DNA of 64,000 bases from a virus (lineage: Duplodnaviria; Caudoviricetes). The notes beneath the pieces are model-generated. The model was not told where the DNA came from and made no database searches. It saw only the letters and a list, made by a program, of their open reading frames with translations. A program made the translations under genes and the position numbers. The stretch spans positions 40,462-104,461 of IMG/VR virus record IMGVR_UViG_2524614764_000005, one strand, 5' to 3'. Numbering within the stretch: the stretch's first letter is position 1; each line of letters begins with the position of its first letter. Positions 52,615 through 63,169 of the stretch are shown piece by piece.

Positions 52615-53121
52615 ATGATCATTATTTTAGAGGGGTGTGACTGCTGCTATAAATCTACAGTAGCAAAGCAGCTGTCAAAAAAGCTAGATTACAAAATACT
52701 ACGAGGTTCGTCGTTTGAATTAGCTAAAGGAAGTCAGGACAGCCTATATGATTATTGTTTTGAACTTACAAAACATGAAAACTTGATTATCGATAGATAC
52801 ATATATTCTAACCTTGTTTATGCAACGATGTTTCCCGGTCATGCAAAGCTTTCAGATGAGCAAGTAAGCAATATCGAGAACAAAATACTGAGTAAGGCCA
52901 AGTTAATCTATCTTCATGCAAGACCTGAAGTAATAAAAGAAAGGATTCTTAACAGAGGAGATGATCAGGTTAACACAAAAGACATTGAACCAATTGTGGA
53001 ACTCTATAACGAAGTGATACCAAAGTCGAAATTACATACATATTCGTTTGATACAGAGATCTATGGCAGCGGTGAAATTGTTGAGGATATAATCTACTTG
53101 GTCAGTGAGGAAGGCTCATGA
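52615..53121 (+). CDS. yorR: Deoxynucleotide monophosphate kinase
   Basis: EGCDCCYKST, IIDR. Confidence 0.85.
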   Translation: MIIILEGCDCCYKSTVAKQLSKKLDYKILRGSSFELAKGSQDSLYDYCFELTKHENLIIDRYIYSNLVYATMFPGHAKLSDEQVSNIENKILSKAKLIYLHARPEVIKERILNRGDDQVNTKDIEPIVELYNEVIPKSKLHTYSFDTEIYGSGEIVEDIIYLVSEEGS

Positions 53122-53639
53122 AAAGAAAAGTTATTGCAATTGATATGGATGATGTATTAGCAGATTTCTTACCAGCTTGGGTAAAAGCAATCAATCAACA
53201 TGATGACCCATCATTAAAATGTGAAAACATAAAGTCTTGGAGCATCTTAGATTACGTGAATACAAAAAATGATGTGTTTAGGCATTTAACGTATGACTTC
53301 TTTAAGGGTTTAACAGAAAAAAAAGACAGCCAGAAAGTTGTTAAGAATCTATGTGATCTCTACGAAGTGTATGTTGTTACTACTGCAACAGCACATCCAG
53401 AATCATTAAAAGCTAAATTAGAATGGTTGCAGGAACACTTTCCATTTTTCTCATATGACCATGTTGTTCTTTGTGGAAATAAAAAGATCATTAAAGCTGA
53501 TTACATGATTGATGATGGAATACATAACTTGGAGAAATTTGAAGGCGTGGGCATAGTGTTTGATGCACCTCACAATGAAGATGATAAAAGATTTGTCCGT
53601 GTTAAGAATTGGGAAGAAATCGGTCAGAAATTACTTTAA
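53118..53639 (+). CDS. yorS: 5'(3')-deoxyribonucleotidase (HAD)
   Basis: IDMDDVLAD, MIDDG. Confidence 0.9.
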   Translation: MKRKVIAIDMDDVLADFLPAWVKAINQHDDPSLKCENIKSWSILDYVNTKNDVFRHLTYDFFKGLTEKKDSQKVVKNLCDLYEVYVVTTATAHPESLKAKLEWLQEHFPFFSYDHVVLCGNKKIIKADYMIDDGIHNLEKFEGVGIVFDAPHNEDDKRFVRVKNWEEIGQKLL

Positions 53640-53681
53640 AATATCTCTTTTATAGAAAATTAATATTAGGAAGGTGTCTGA

Positions 53682-54482
53682 ATGGCGAGTAAAATTAAAA
53701 GCCCGCTTCGGTGGGTTGGTGGAAAAAGCAAGTTATTAAATAAAATAATACCTCTTATCCCTGAGCACAAGGGATTTGTTGAAGTCTTTGGGGGTTCTGC
53801 CGTTGTATTATTGAACAAAGAAGAGGCGAAATGGGAAGTTCTAAATGATTATGATAGCAATTTAGCTAATTTCTGGTCAGTGATTCAAAATGCAAAAGAG
53901 CAATTTTTGAGAGCTTTTGATTATGAAATCGTAAGCAGAGAAAGGTTTAATGAGTACAAAATAAAATATAAGAATAACGAATTTGAAGATGCGATTGAAA
54001 GGGCAAAAATATTTTATTATTTAGTTCGATCTTGTTTTGGGAGCGACATGAAAAGTCCAGTGTTTGGAGCATCTAAAGACAGAAATAGGTTAAGAATTGA
54101 TAAGATACAAGACGATATCGATGCTGTTTATAAAAGATTTGTTGGAGTTACAGTTGAAAATAAATCTTTTGAGGATATTTTTAAAATTTACGATAGTGAA
54201 AACACTTTTTTCTATCTAGATCCACCTTACAGAAACACAAAACAATACGCAACTGGAAAATTCACAGACGATCAATATAGAATGCTTAGGGATTGCTGTC
54301 TAAAAGCGAAGGGCAAATGGTTATTAACAATCAACAATGATCCTTATATTAGAGAATTGTTTAAGGATTTTTATATAGTTGATCACAGCGTTTGGTACAG
54401 TGTATCCAAAACAGCTGATGGTAGAGGGGATTTCAAGGAGTTGTTAATATCCAATTATAACTTTAACGATCTTATAAGTTAA
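53682..54482 (+). CDS. Dam-like (D12 class) DNA adenine methyltransferase
   Basis: PLRWVGGKS, VEVFGGS, YLDPPY. Confidence 0.92.
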   Translation: MASKIKSPLRWVGGKSKLLNKIIPLIPEHKGFVEVFGGSAVVLLNKEEAKWEVLNDYDSNLANFWSVIQNAKEQFLRAFDYEIVSRERFNEYKIKYKNNEFEDAIERAKIFYYLVRSCFGSDMKSPVFGASKDRNRLRIDKIQDDIDAVYKRFVGVTVENKSFEDIFKIYDSENTFFYLDPPYRNTKQYATGKFTDDQYRMLRDCCLKAKGKWLLTINNDPYIRELFKDFYIVDHSVWYSVSKTADGRGDFKELLISNYNFNDLIS

Positions 54483-54563
54483 TAAATTGAAGGAACATAG
54501 TAAAACTAGAGTTTTTGGAATCAAAATAAAAGATCAATTTCAATCAGAAAGGGAAGGTGAAAT

Positions 54564-57500
54564 ATGACAGAAAGTGAAATTATTATTACAAACTTTAAAA
54601 AGAGTGTTGAAGAATTTCGTATTAAACTGGCCTCTGGTAGAGAAGCGCACCCTGAAAAATTTATTCAATATTTAGCTACTGAAATCCAGGCTTTAAATAA
54701 TTTAAAGGAAGCATACCAAGAAGGTATGAACATTATTAACGCCGACTTGAAAAAACACGGTCTAGGAAAATGAAAAGTATCCTAGAGCAAATCAACTCAT
54801 TGAAAGTCGTACATATTGATTTAGACAACTACGCAATTTACGTTAAGCAAAACAAGCAAGTGATTCATATATTGCATACATTGATTAAGGATATGACAGT
54901 AGAGGAATACATACATAGCTTCAGTAAAGATGGTTTAATCGATCTAATTCCAGCAGTAATTGGAACAGGGGTTGCTGATGGATATAAACAAGGCAAGGGA
55001 TTTGTATCTGAACCTAAACAGTTCTACATGCAACGGTGTTTAGAGTTGAACAACAAAATTGAATTCCTTGAGAATATGATTGTGTCACTTGGTGGCCATC
55101 CTAAAATGCAAATTGTTGATAAGAATAATCTAATTCACTAGAGAGGAAGAAAGGAATGAAATTTAAAATTGGGCAGAGCGTTCTGATTTCATCTAGGGGT
55201 GTTGTTGGTAAAGTTATTAAAGCAACACACCATGTATCAATTGAAAAAGGAAAAGAACTGAATGTTATTAAGTATAAGGTTGAAGTAGACGGGCTTTTGT
55301 ACGCCCAGGAATTTGATGAATCATTACTTACATATGAAGATAAAGAATCTAGGAAGATTAAAATAGCTGAGATAAATTCACTAATTGACCAAGCATTAGA
55401 TACAAAAGATAAGGATTGGTTTGATGATTTAATTCAACAAAGAAAAACTTTAGAAGAAGGGTTAGTGGAGTAGATAGAGAATTATTTTAGAGTATTATGG
55501 AACGGAACAAGAGTTCCAAAGAAGTTTGATACCAAAGCAAAAGCAGAAGTGTTTGTTAGACGAAGAAAAGGTTTCACCTGTGAGATACAAGAACGTACAT
55601 ATGATAATAAGTTTATAGACAGCTGGACATACCATATTCCATTGCATTAAGGCGGTGAAACAATTCTGAAAGAACGTGATAAAGCTATGATGGAAGATGA
55701 TTTGGAGGCCGTACATAACAACCTGGATTTTATACATAAGACTCTGGAGGATGCTGCTTCAATTGACGAGGAAACGTGGCACTTAATAGAACCTAAGATT
55801 GTTAAGTCATGGGTATTGTTAGAGGAAGTAAAGAAGAACATAGTATCACAATAAATTAAAAATAACATATAAAAATTGTTGATTAAAATACAAATTACAT
55901 ATATAATCGATATAACAGCTAAGGAGAATCAATGGACTACATATGCGAGATTTGCAACGAAGGGGTTGAGAAATACCCCTTATGTTTAAGATTAACAGAA
56001 GAGAACGCAAAAAGCATGGAAGACAGAATTGAATTCAATTGCTGCAGCAAATGTGTTGATGATTTGAGCAAGAAAATTCGAGAAAAGTGTGAGGGGATGA
56101 ATGTAAAGAAAACATTGAAAGTTCTTGGGATTGATGATATTAAGCCTTATAAAGATTAAAAATGAAAAGGGAGAGATGTTAATGTCAAAAGTTAAATTCA
56201 CAGGAAAAGTGGGAACTACGAGAATGAATTTTATGAAAGAAGGTTGTAAGGATCTACACTCTGCATACTACACGACTGTTGAAACCACCTGTGGGCAAAA
56301 ACTCACTGTAAAGGATGCGGATGCCCCTTTTGGATTAATGGAGGCTCCTACTCGTTCTGAAGCAATTAAAAAGGGAAAACAGTTTTTAGATCGTGTGGGT
56401 TTAACATAAAAAAAAATTAAAGGAAAGTGTAAACTGTGAAAAACATAGATGAATCAAAATGGTTTGGTGTAATTGGTAACGTTGGAATGTTTGTACTTGC
56501 TATCCTGGGAGAAATATTTAAATAAAATTCAAGTTTTATAGAGAATGGAAAAGGTGAAAACAAGCTTTTTCAAATAGTAAATTTTCAGGAGGTTTAAAAA
56601 ATGAAATACGCCATCCCTTATGAACATCTTGAGGAAGAGCTTGTGGCAGAAGGTACGGAGTACACACTTGAACTTAGTAAGTTACTCTTTCATTTTAATA
56701 AAGTTAAAGAGAGTGCGAATAAGTACAGATTGGAATTGTCGGATGAAAACTTTAAGCGCTTTTTTAGACTTCACGTATCCGGTACAGATATAGATTGGAT
56801 AATGCATATAATGACTACTTATAAAAATTCGTTCACAGACACATTGGTTCAATACATTACTTCATGATTTAGGAAGGGGAACGCTATTGAAAAAGAATAA
56901 GCAGTTTGATAAGACATTCTGGCTAACATTAATCAAATGGGCAGCACCAACATTCTTAGTTGGATACTTAATTGGTTTTCTGCTGCCAAACATAGTTTTA
57001 TCTCAATAAGATACAAATTACATATATGCAAAGGGGAATAATAGATGACTATTAACGCAACTGTTAATAAACATGTGCCAGAGGCTGTCAGATTTATAAA
57101 TGTTGAACATAACGACTTAATTGTTTTTGGAGAGAATAAGGAAAAAGCATGGATTATTAAAAATGATGGTGCAAGTATATGGTCAATTATTGACACCAAA
57201 TCTTTTAGCTTTGTTGGTGGGGGCGATAAATTAAATATTGCAAGAGTGTTAAAGCAATGTGTACCTCATGATAGTTACACCGTCTACAAAACTAACCAAT
57301 ACACTATTGAAATTGCTGTTAAGTGGGGAGTTACTGAATAAAAGTTTTATTTCATTGTAAGGAGTGTTGAATGATGGAAGTATTTGAAAAGGCGGTTGTA
57401 ATTGATGATTACACTCTAGGAATCACTTTTTTTGCTAAAAAAAGTAGTTTGGGTTGGTCGATAACTCAAGTTAGTGTGAAAAATCATCAAACAAATAAAA

Positions 57501-59235
57501 TTGTTTATCGAAGTAACAACCTATTTAATGGAACTACACAATTATCGCTTAAAGGTGTTTTTAAGAAAATTGCTATTACAGTTAAGGATCATTTAATGAG
57601 TAACAGAGAAATTAATAAAGAAATTGAAGAATTAGAAGAATGGGATGGGGTTGTTAATTTTTAAAAGAAAGGCAGGTCAATAATTGAGTTATAAAAATAT
57701 GAGATATGAAACAATCAAAAAAACTATAGTACTAAATGGATTCGAACATTCATTGAAGATTCTTGCTGATCGTCTTTCAAATGGATGGAGAGTATGGGGA
57801 TTTGCTATTACTGGGGAACAATATAATGGACTGTTCTGGTATGGCGAGTGCACAGACTATGAGGATATGAAAATTAAAGAAGTAGTATTAAGGCTTGTTG
57901 AAAAGATGAAAGCTCAAGTGGAAAACAATAAAAAAGAAAAAGAAGAAATGGAAGAGTTCAATAATTGGGACGGAGTCATCAATTTTAAATAAAAATTAAT
58001 TGGAGGTCTATTAATATGTCAAAATTATTCGATTTTAATGTGGGTCAAGAGGTTATTATGTTTGTTCAGGGAGCAGGGACTATTGCAGAAGAACTGCACA
58101 CTGTTGAAGAGGTTAATAACGGTGTAGTTAAAGTAGATGACTGTGCCAAAGAGTTTGGATTAGATGGAAAATGGCTTGGTATTGATACTTTCTTTGGATT
58201 CAATTTCTGGATTAAACCAGCTACTAAATAAAAGGATGATTTCAAAGAGAAATCAGATGAGGAGGATAGGATGCAATACACCAAGCATGGAAATTCAGTA
58301 GAAGGTTACATAACATTTAATCTTTATTTTCATTCATTTGATTATAAAGAGGATAGCATATTGGAACAAGTAAGATTCACCACAGTTAACGAGCTATTCA
58401 ACATGATGCAGCCTGATTATATTGAGCAACTAAAACAAGAAAATGGTGCAGAGCAGGTTGAACTTCACGATATCACTTTCAGTGCTAAAGATGACGACAC
58501 GGAGGCTTTCATCATAATGTATGACAACTCAGGAAGTTATCGAATCTCAACAAATCTTGATGTAAGTGGATTAGATAGTGAGTATAAAGAAACTTTAAAA
58601 AGTATTAAAGATATTCTAGATAAGAAGATGTAAAACAAAAGGAGGAAATTCTAAATGGCATATGATGAGTTTAAAGGAAAGCTAAGTAAGCCCAAAGTAA
58701 GTGATGTAATCAAAGCATTACAAGATCAACTTGATTTTAACGGAGACACAAGAGTTAGTTTCAGAATTGATGGAGAAGAGACAAGCGATGAAATTCAACT
58801 AGATCCATATAAAAATGTTCTTGTGTTGAATTTAGAGGAAAATTAAGGAGGTATCTCATGTACTTTATAACAGAACCAACTGATTTAATTGACAAAGAGG
58901 TTGGGTTCATTCATGCTAATCAATTTTACGATGCAACTACAATCGTGACTAAAGATGGTGGCATATTAATTGTTAAACAAGTTTTTGATTTTGAAGAAGA
59001 GCCAAGCACTATTGTTTATAACGAGCACCAAGCCAAAAAAAAGATTTATGAGGATAGCTATGTAAAGAATGAGCTTGATAAGTTGGGAATAATTACTGAG
59101 AATGACTGGGCTGAATATGAGCTGCAACTTAAGGAAGCAGAAGAAGCTCGTAGGATTGAGTTCCGGAAGGAAAAAGAAGAGCGAGAAAGACTTGACTATG
59201 AACGATTGAAATTGAAGTTTGAGGGGGAGAATTAA
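54564..59235 (+). other. Cluster of about 15 small hypothetical genes
   Basis: Co-oriented SD-preceded ORFs (e.g. 54564-54773, 54770-55141, 55156-55473, 55932-56159, 56601-56867, 57045-57341, 57371-57664, 57684-57992, 58016-58231, 58271-58633, 58655-58846, 58858-59235). Confidence 0.7.
55879..55907 (+). promoter_or_regulatory. SPBRE sigma-A promoter
   Basis: TTGATT-AAAATACAAATTACATA-TATAAT. Confidence 0.85.
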
Positions 59236-59256
59236 ATAGACATATTTGAGCATATC

Positions 59257-59460
59257 ATGTGCGACTTCAAACATTATAAGGGCGGAACCTATAAACTCGT
59301 TGGAGAAGTCATTCATACAGAAACAGAAGAAGAGCTTGTTGTTTACCATGATATGGACGGCACTGTATTATGGGCAAGACCTAAAGAGATGTTCTTTGGA
59401 AAAGTTGTTGTTGATGGGGAAGAGATCGACAGGTTCACAAAAATCAATAAGAAGATATGA
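59257..59460 (+). CDS. DUF1653 family protein
   Basis: FKHYKGGTY...HTETEEELVVY...WARPKEMF. Confidence 0.8.
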   Translation: MCDFKHYKGGTYKLVGEVIHTETEEELVVYHDMDGTVLWARPKEMFFGKVVVDGEEIDRFTKINKKI

Positions 59461-59510
59461 AGGATTGAAGATGACTTAAGCCATCTCCTAACCAACATAC
59501 CTCAATACAG

Positions 59511-59654
59511 TTACTTTCTTTTAGCCTTTGCTTGAGAAAGAACTGATCCAGCTAAACTCTTAGCTGTCTTACTTGAAGATTTAGAATTAAGTACTTTAGA
59601 AGCTTTGGTTGCAAGTTTTGAAGATGAAACTCTTCTGCTGCTAGACTTTGCCAA
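59511..59654 (-). CDS. Small, very basic Ser/Lys/Ala-rich protein (47 aa)
   Basis: TTG after SD AGGTGGTG; MAKSSSRRVSSSKLATKASKVLNSKSSSKTAKSLAGSVLSQAKAKRK. Confidence 0.7.
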   Translation of the reverse strand: MAKSSSRRVSSSKLATKASKVLNSKSSSKTAKSLAGSVLSQAKAKRK

Positions 59655-59766
59655 GGGAATCACCACCTATCGAGGGAAAGTGTGTTCTATATAACTAAAT
59701 ATAGTATATAGATTTATCTCAAGAATACAAGATATTGATCAAATTTTATTTTCGGATGATAAACTG

Positions 59767-60033
59767 ATGAAATTTTTTGAAGTAAATGAACCTTACAGTG
59801 CTTTAATTAAAGCGAGAACAAAAGAAAAAGCAATGGAGATTTACACAGATACCGTCGCTGATGATGATGGTAATCTATCTGAAGAAATCACTGAAGTAAC
59901 AGATTTATATTCAGCAGTTTTTCATAGTCGTACAGTAGATTATAATGGGAAACAGTTGTCTGCTAATGAAGTATTTGAACAACTAACAAACGATGAAGAA
60001 ATGTTGCTGTCAATGGATCAGAGTTTACAATAA
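59767..60033 (+). CDS. Hypothetical protein
   Basis: 88-aa ORF. Confidence 0.6.
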   Translation: MKFFEVNEPYSALIKARTKEKAMEIYTDTVADDDGNLSEEITEVTDLYSAVFHSRTVDYNGKQLSANEVFEQLTNDEEMLLSMDQSLQ

Positions 60034-60072
60034 AATCACAGTTTCATATAAATAAAAATTGGGGGAAATACA

Positions 60073-60429
60073 ATGGGAGCTGTAAAGAAATTAAAAAAAC
60101 CTTATGTACATAGCAGACATCTGGTGGATCTTGAAGTAGTTGAAACAGCGTCAACTATTCATAATCCAGACGGTACGTCATACACCGTAGAACCTGGAGA
60201 TGTCCTATCAGTTAATGAATTTGGGGAAAAGAATCTCGTGCCAGAAAATCATTTGCCGTATTACTTTAAGGTGGAGAAGCTTGCGGATACCAATTTCTAT
60301 GATCGAATGGCCAAAGGGTATGAAGATATGGGGCAGATTAATCTAGAAGAAGCGAATGTTGGTCACAATGCAAATAATCGTGCAGAAATGTTAACAGCTC
60401 AATTGTTAGCAGGTAAGAATAATCTTTAA
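60073..60429 (+). CDS. YosL-position protein
   Basis: C-terminal MAKGYEDMGQINLEEA; directly upstream of nrdI. Confidence 0.55.
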   Translation: MGAVKKLKKPYVHSRHLVDLEVVETASTIHNPDGTSYTVEPGDVLSVNEFGEKNLVPENHLPYYFKVEKLADTNFYDRMAKGYEDMGQINLEEANVGHNANNRAEMLTAQLLAGKNNL

Positions 60430-60815
60430 TGTTAATCACATACGATACTTTGACAGGAAACGTTCAACGATTCGTTGATAAAATTACAAATAACATGTAT
60501 TTAAACGTAGAGAAGATAACTGAGGATACGATGATAACTGAACCATTCATACATATTACATACACAATCGGTTTTGGCGAAGTACCGAAGTTGACTCAGG
60601 TATTCATACATAACAACAGAGAATTGCTAAGAGGAATATGTTCAAGTGGTAATAAGAATTGGGGCAATAATTTTGGACTGGCTGCAAATAAGATAGCAAG
60701 CCAATACAGTGTTCCAATCTTACTCAAGTTTGAATTGGCTGGGACAGATTCTGATGTAGCTAAGTTTTTACAGGAGGTTAAATTTATTGACAATCAGCAC
60801 AAACAATATTCCTAA
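60429..60815 (+). CDS. nrdI: NrdI flavodoxin
   Basis: TGNVQRF, SGNKNWG, KFELAG. Confidence 0.95.
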   Translation: MLITYDTLTGNVQRFVDKITNNMYLNVEKITEDTMITEPFIHITYTIGFGEVPKLTQVFIHNNRELLRGICSSGNKNWGNNFGLAANKIASQYSVPILLKFELAGTDSDVAKFLQEVKFIDNQHKQYS

Positions 60816-62895
60816 GTGGATTCAATTGAATAACGAGATCATGATTCAGAAGGATGGGAAGTTTCAATTTGAAAAAGACAAGGAAGCCGTAAAGAGTTAC
60901 TTTATTGATTATGTGAATCAAAATATGGTTTTCTTTCATGATCTTGAGGAGAAATTAGATTACTTAAAGGAACATGATTATTACGAAGAAGAGTTTTTAA
61001 GTCTATACAGCAAAGAAGATATCAAAAAAGTATTCAAGTTTGCTTACAGTTTTAAATTTAGATTCCCATCATTCATGAGTGCGTTTAAGTTTTACAATGA
61101 CTACGCATTAAAGACCAACGATAAAATGAAAATCCTAGAGCGTTATGAAGATCGTATCTCTATTGTTGCTTTGTTTTTGGCTGAGGGAAATACTGATAAA
61201 GCTATTGGATATGTTGAATCCATGATAAAGCAAGAATACCAGCCAGCTACGCCTACATTTATGAATGCTGGACGAAAGCGAAGAGGTGAAATGGTAAGCT
61301 GCTTCTTAATTGAAGTTGGAGATAGCTTGAATGACATTTCAAGAGCTATTGATATTTCAATGCAGCTCTCTAAGTTAGGTGGTGGAGTAGCACTCAATTT
61401 AAGTAAGATTAGAGCTAAAGGGGAAGCAATTAAAGGTATAGAGAATGTAACAAAAGGTGTTGTGGGTGTTATGAAACTTCTCGATAATGCTTTTAGATAT
61501 GCAGATCAGATGGGTAGTCGTACTGGAAGCGGAGCAACATATTTAACAGTATTTCATCCTGATATTAATGATTTCTTAGATACAAAGAAAATATCAGCAG
61601 ATGAAGATGTGAGAGCTAAAACTTTATCAATCGGAGTAGTTGTTCCTGATAAATTCATTGAGCTTGCTAGGGAAGACAAAGATTACTATATGTTCTATCC
61701 TCATTCAGTCTATAAAGAATACGGGCAACATTTAGACGAGATGAACATTAATGATATGTACGATGAATTAGTGGATAATCCCAATGTCAGAAAAGCTAAG
61801 GGAAGTGCTCGGAAACTTCTTGAGAAACTGGCCATCCTTAGATACGAATCAGGCTATCCATATATCATGTTCCAGGATAATGTGAACAATGAACATGCCA
61901 ACAATCATATTTCTGTGGTAAAATTTTCAAATTTGTGTTCTGAAGTCCTTCAGGCTTCTGAAATATCAACTTACACAGACTATGACCAAGAAGATGAAAT
62001 TGGTCTTGATATTTCATGTAATTTAGGCTCAATGAACATCTTAAATGTCATGAATAATCAATCAATCGAGAAGACGGTTAGAACAGCAGTAGACGCTCTT
62101 ACAAGGGTTTCTGATGCGACTAATATTGTTAATGCACCAGCAGTTAATAAAGCTAATAAAACAATGAAATCAATTGGATTGGGACAGATGAATTTACATG
62201 GATATCTAGCTCAAAACGGTATCCCCTATGAATCAGAAGCAGCGATTGATTTTGCTAATACATACTTTATGATGATCAACTATTATTCTCTGAAGCGTTC
62301 AATGGAAATCGCTAAGGAAACTGGTGAAACGTATTACAAGTTTGAAGGATCTACATATAAATCAGGAAGTTACTTTGATAAGTATCTAAGAAATGATTAT
62401 TCACCGAAGCTTGAGAAGGTAGCCAAATTGTTTAAAGATCAGCATATCCCTTCAATTGATGACTGGAAACAGTTAAAGGGCGATGTACAGAAATATGGGC
62501 TCTATCACAGTTATAGACAAGCTGTAGCACCTACTGGAAGCATCTCATATGTACAGTCATCTACCGCAGGTGTAATGCCTATCATGGAGAGAATTGAGGA
62601 AAGAACTTATGGGAACAGTAAGACTTATTATCCTATGCCTGGACTGTCTCCAAATAACTGGTTCCTATACAAAGAAGCATATGACATGGATATGTTCAAA
62701 GTTATTGATTTAATTTCAACTATTCAAACTCATGTTGATCAAGGCATCTCGTTTACATTGTTCCTCAAAGACACTATGACAACACGAGATTTGAATAGAA
62801 TTGATCTATATGCACATCACAAAGGTATCAAAACACTTTACTATGCAAGAACTAAGGATACAACACAAGAGGGCTGCCTTAGCTGCGTTGTTTAA
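60787..62895 (+). CDS. nrdE: Class Ib ribonucleotide reductase alpha subunit, uninterrupted
   Basis: PATPT, VSCF, SNLCSE, APTGS, TLYY, C-terminal CLSC. Confidence 0.97.
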   Translation: MTISTNNIPKWIQLNNEIMIQKDGKFQFEKDKEAVKSYFIDYVNQNMVFFHDLEEKLDYLKEHDYYEEEFLSLYSKEDIKKVFKFAYSFKFRFPSFMSAFKFYNDYALKTNDKMKILERYEDRISIVALFLAEGNTDKAIGYVESMIKQEYQPATPTFMNAGRKRRGEMVSCFLIEVGDSLNDISRAIDISMQLSKLGGGVALNLSKIRAKGEAIKGIENVTKGVVGVMKLLDNAFRYADQMGSRTGSGATYLTVFHPDINDFLDTKKISADEDVRAKTLSIGVVVPDKFIELAREDKDYYMFYPHSVYKEYGQHLDEMNINDMYDELVDNPNVRKAKGSARKLLEKLAILRYESGYPYIMFQDNVNNEHANNHISVVKFSNLCSEVLQASEISTYTDYDQEDEIGLDISCNLGSMNILNVMNNQSIEKTVRTAVDALTRVSDATNIVNAPAVNKANKTMKSIGLGQMNLHGYLAQNGIPYESEAAIDFANTYFMMINYYSLKRSMEIAKETGETYYKFEGSTYKSGSYFDKYLRNDYSPKLEKVAKLFKDQHIPSIDDWKQLKGDVQKYGLYHSYRQAVAPTGSISYVQSSTAGVMPIMERIEERTYGNSKTYYPMPGLSPNNWFLYKEAYDMDMFKVIDLISTIQTHVDQGISFTLFLKDTMTTRDLNRIDLYAHHKGIKTLYYARTKDTTQEGCLSCVV

Positions 62896-63044
62896 TCCTC
62901 TTTTTTTAGATACCCGAAACCAAACCTAATAAAAAAAGCTACAGACATCTGTAGCATGAACTGATTAAAGTTGTTACTTGTAAGTACAATTAACCCTAAT
63001 TCAAAAACTATCTCTACCATCTCAACAATTGTTTTTCCACTCAA
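62892..63044 (-). CDS. Small hydrophobic protein (50 aa), antisense between nrdE and nrdF
   Basis: TTG after SD GAGGTG; MSGKTIVEMVEIVFELGLIVLTSNNFNQFMLQMSVAFFIRFGFGYLKKED. Confidence 0.5.
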   Translation of the reverse strand: MSGKTIVEMVEIVFELGLIVLTSNNFNQFMLQMSVAFFIRFGFGYLKKED

Positions 63045-63169
63045 TATTAGTCACCTCTATTATTTTTTTGAGGCTTAAAGACCACCTTGTATATAGGGGC
63101 AACAAATGTAGGTGTTTTACAAGTACTGAAACCAAACTTTTTTAATTTTTTCGTCTGGAGGAGTAAAAA

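Larger units (their letters stand above)
4226..60046. repeat. Dispersed 16-bp dyad TAAAA-N6-TTT(T/C)A at accessory-gene junctions (20 or more copies)
   Basis: Starts at 4226, 14791, 15072, 16658, 16994, 19549, 20375, 21483, 29174, 31486, 33703, 34391, 36290, 41349, 53637, 54527, 56523, 57339, 58229, 60031; degenerate copies at 15357, 21465, 54501, 56555. Confidence 0.85.

Noticed and set aside
10004-55907. AAAATACAAAT(T/A)ACATA repeat as a novel element
   Set aside because: It is the known SPbeta repeated element (MrpR operator within early promoters); listed as features.
4226-60046. Dispersed dyads or SPBRE as a CRISPR array or as terminators
   Set aside because: Spacing is gene-sized and irregular, there are no cas genes, and the 5-bp A/U stem is too weak to terminate.
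12-61397. Numerous 60-140 aa track ORFs nested in or antisense to long genes (e.g. 3871-4218, 22195-22545, 48498-48923)
   Set aside because: Shadow ORFs of well-supported genes.
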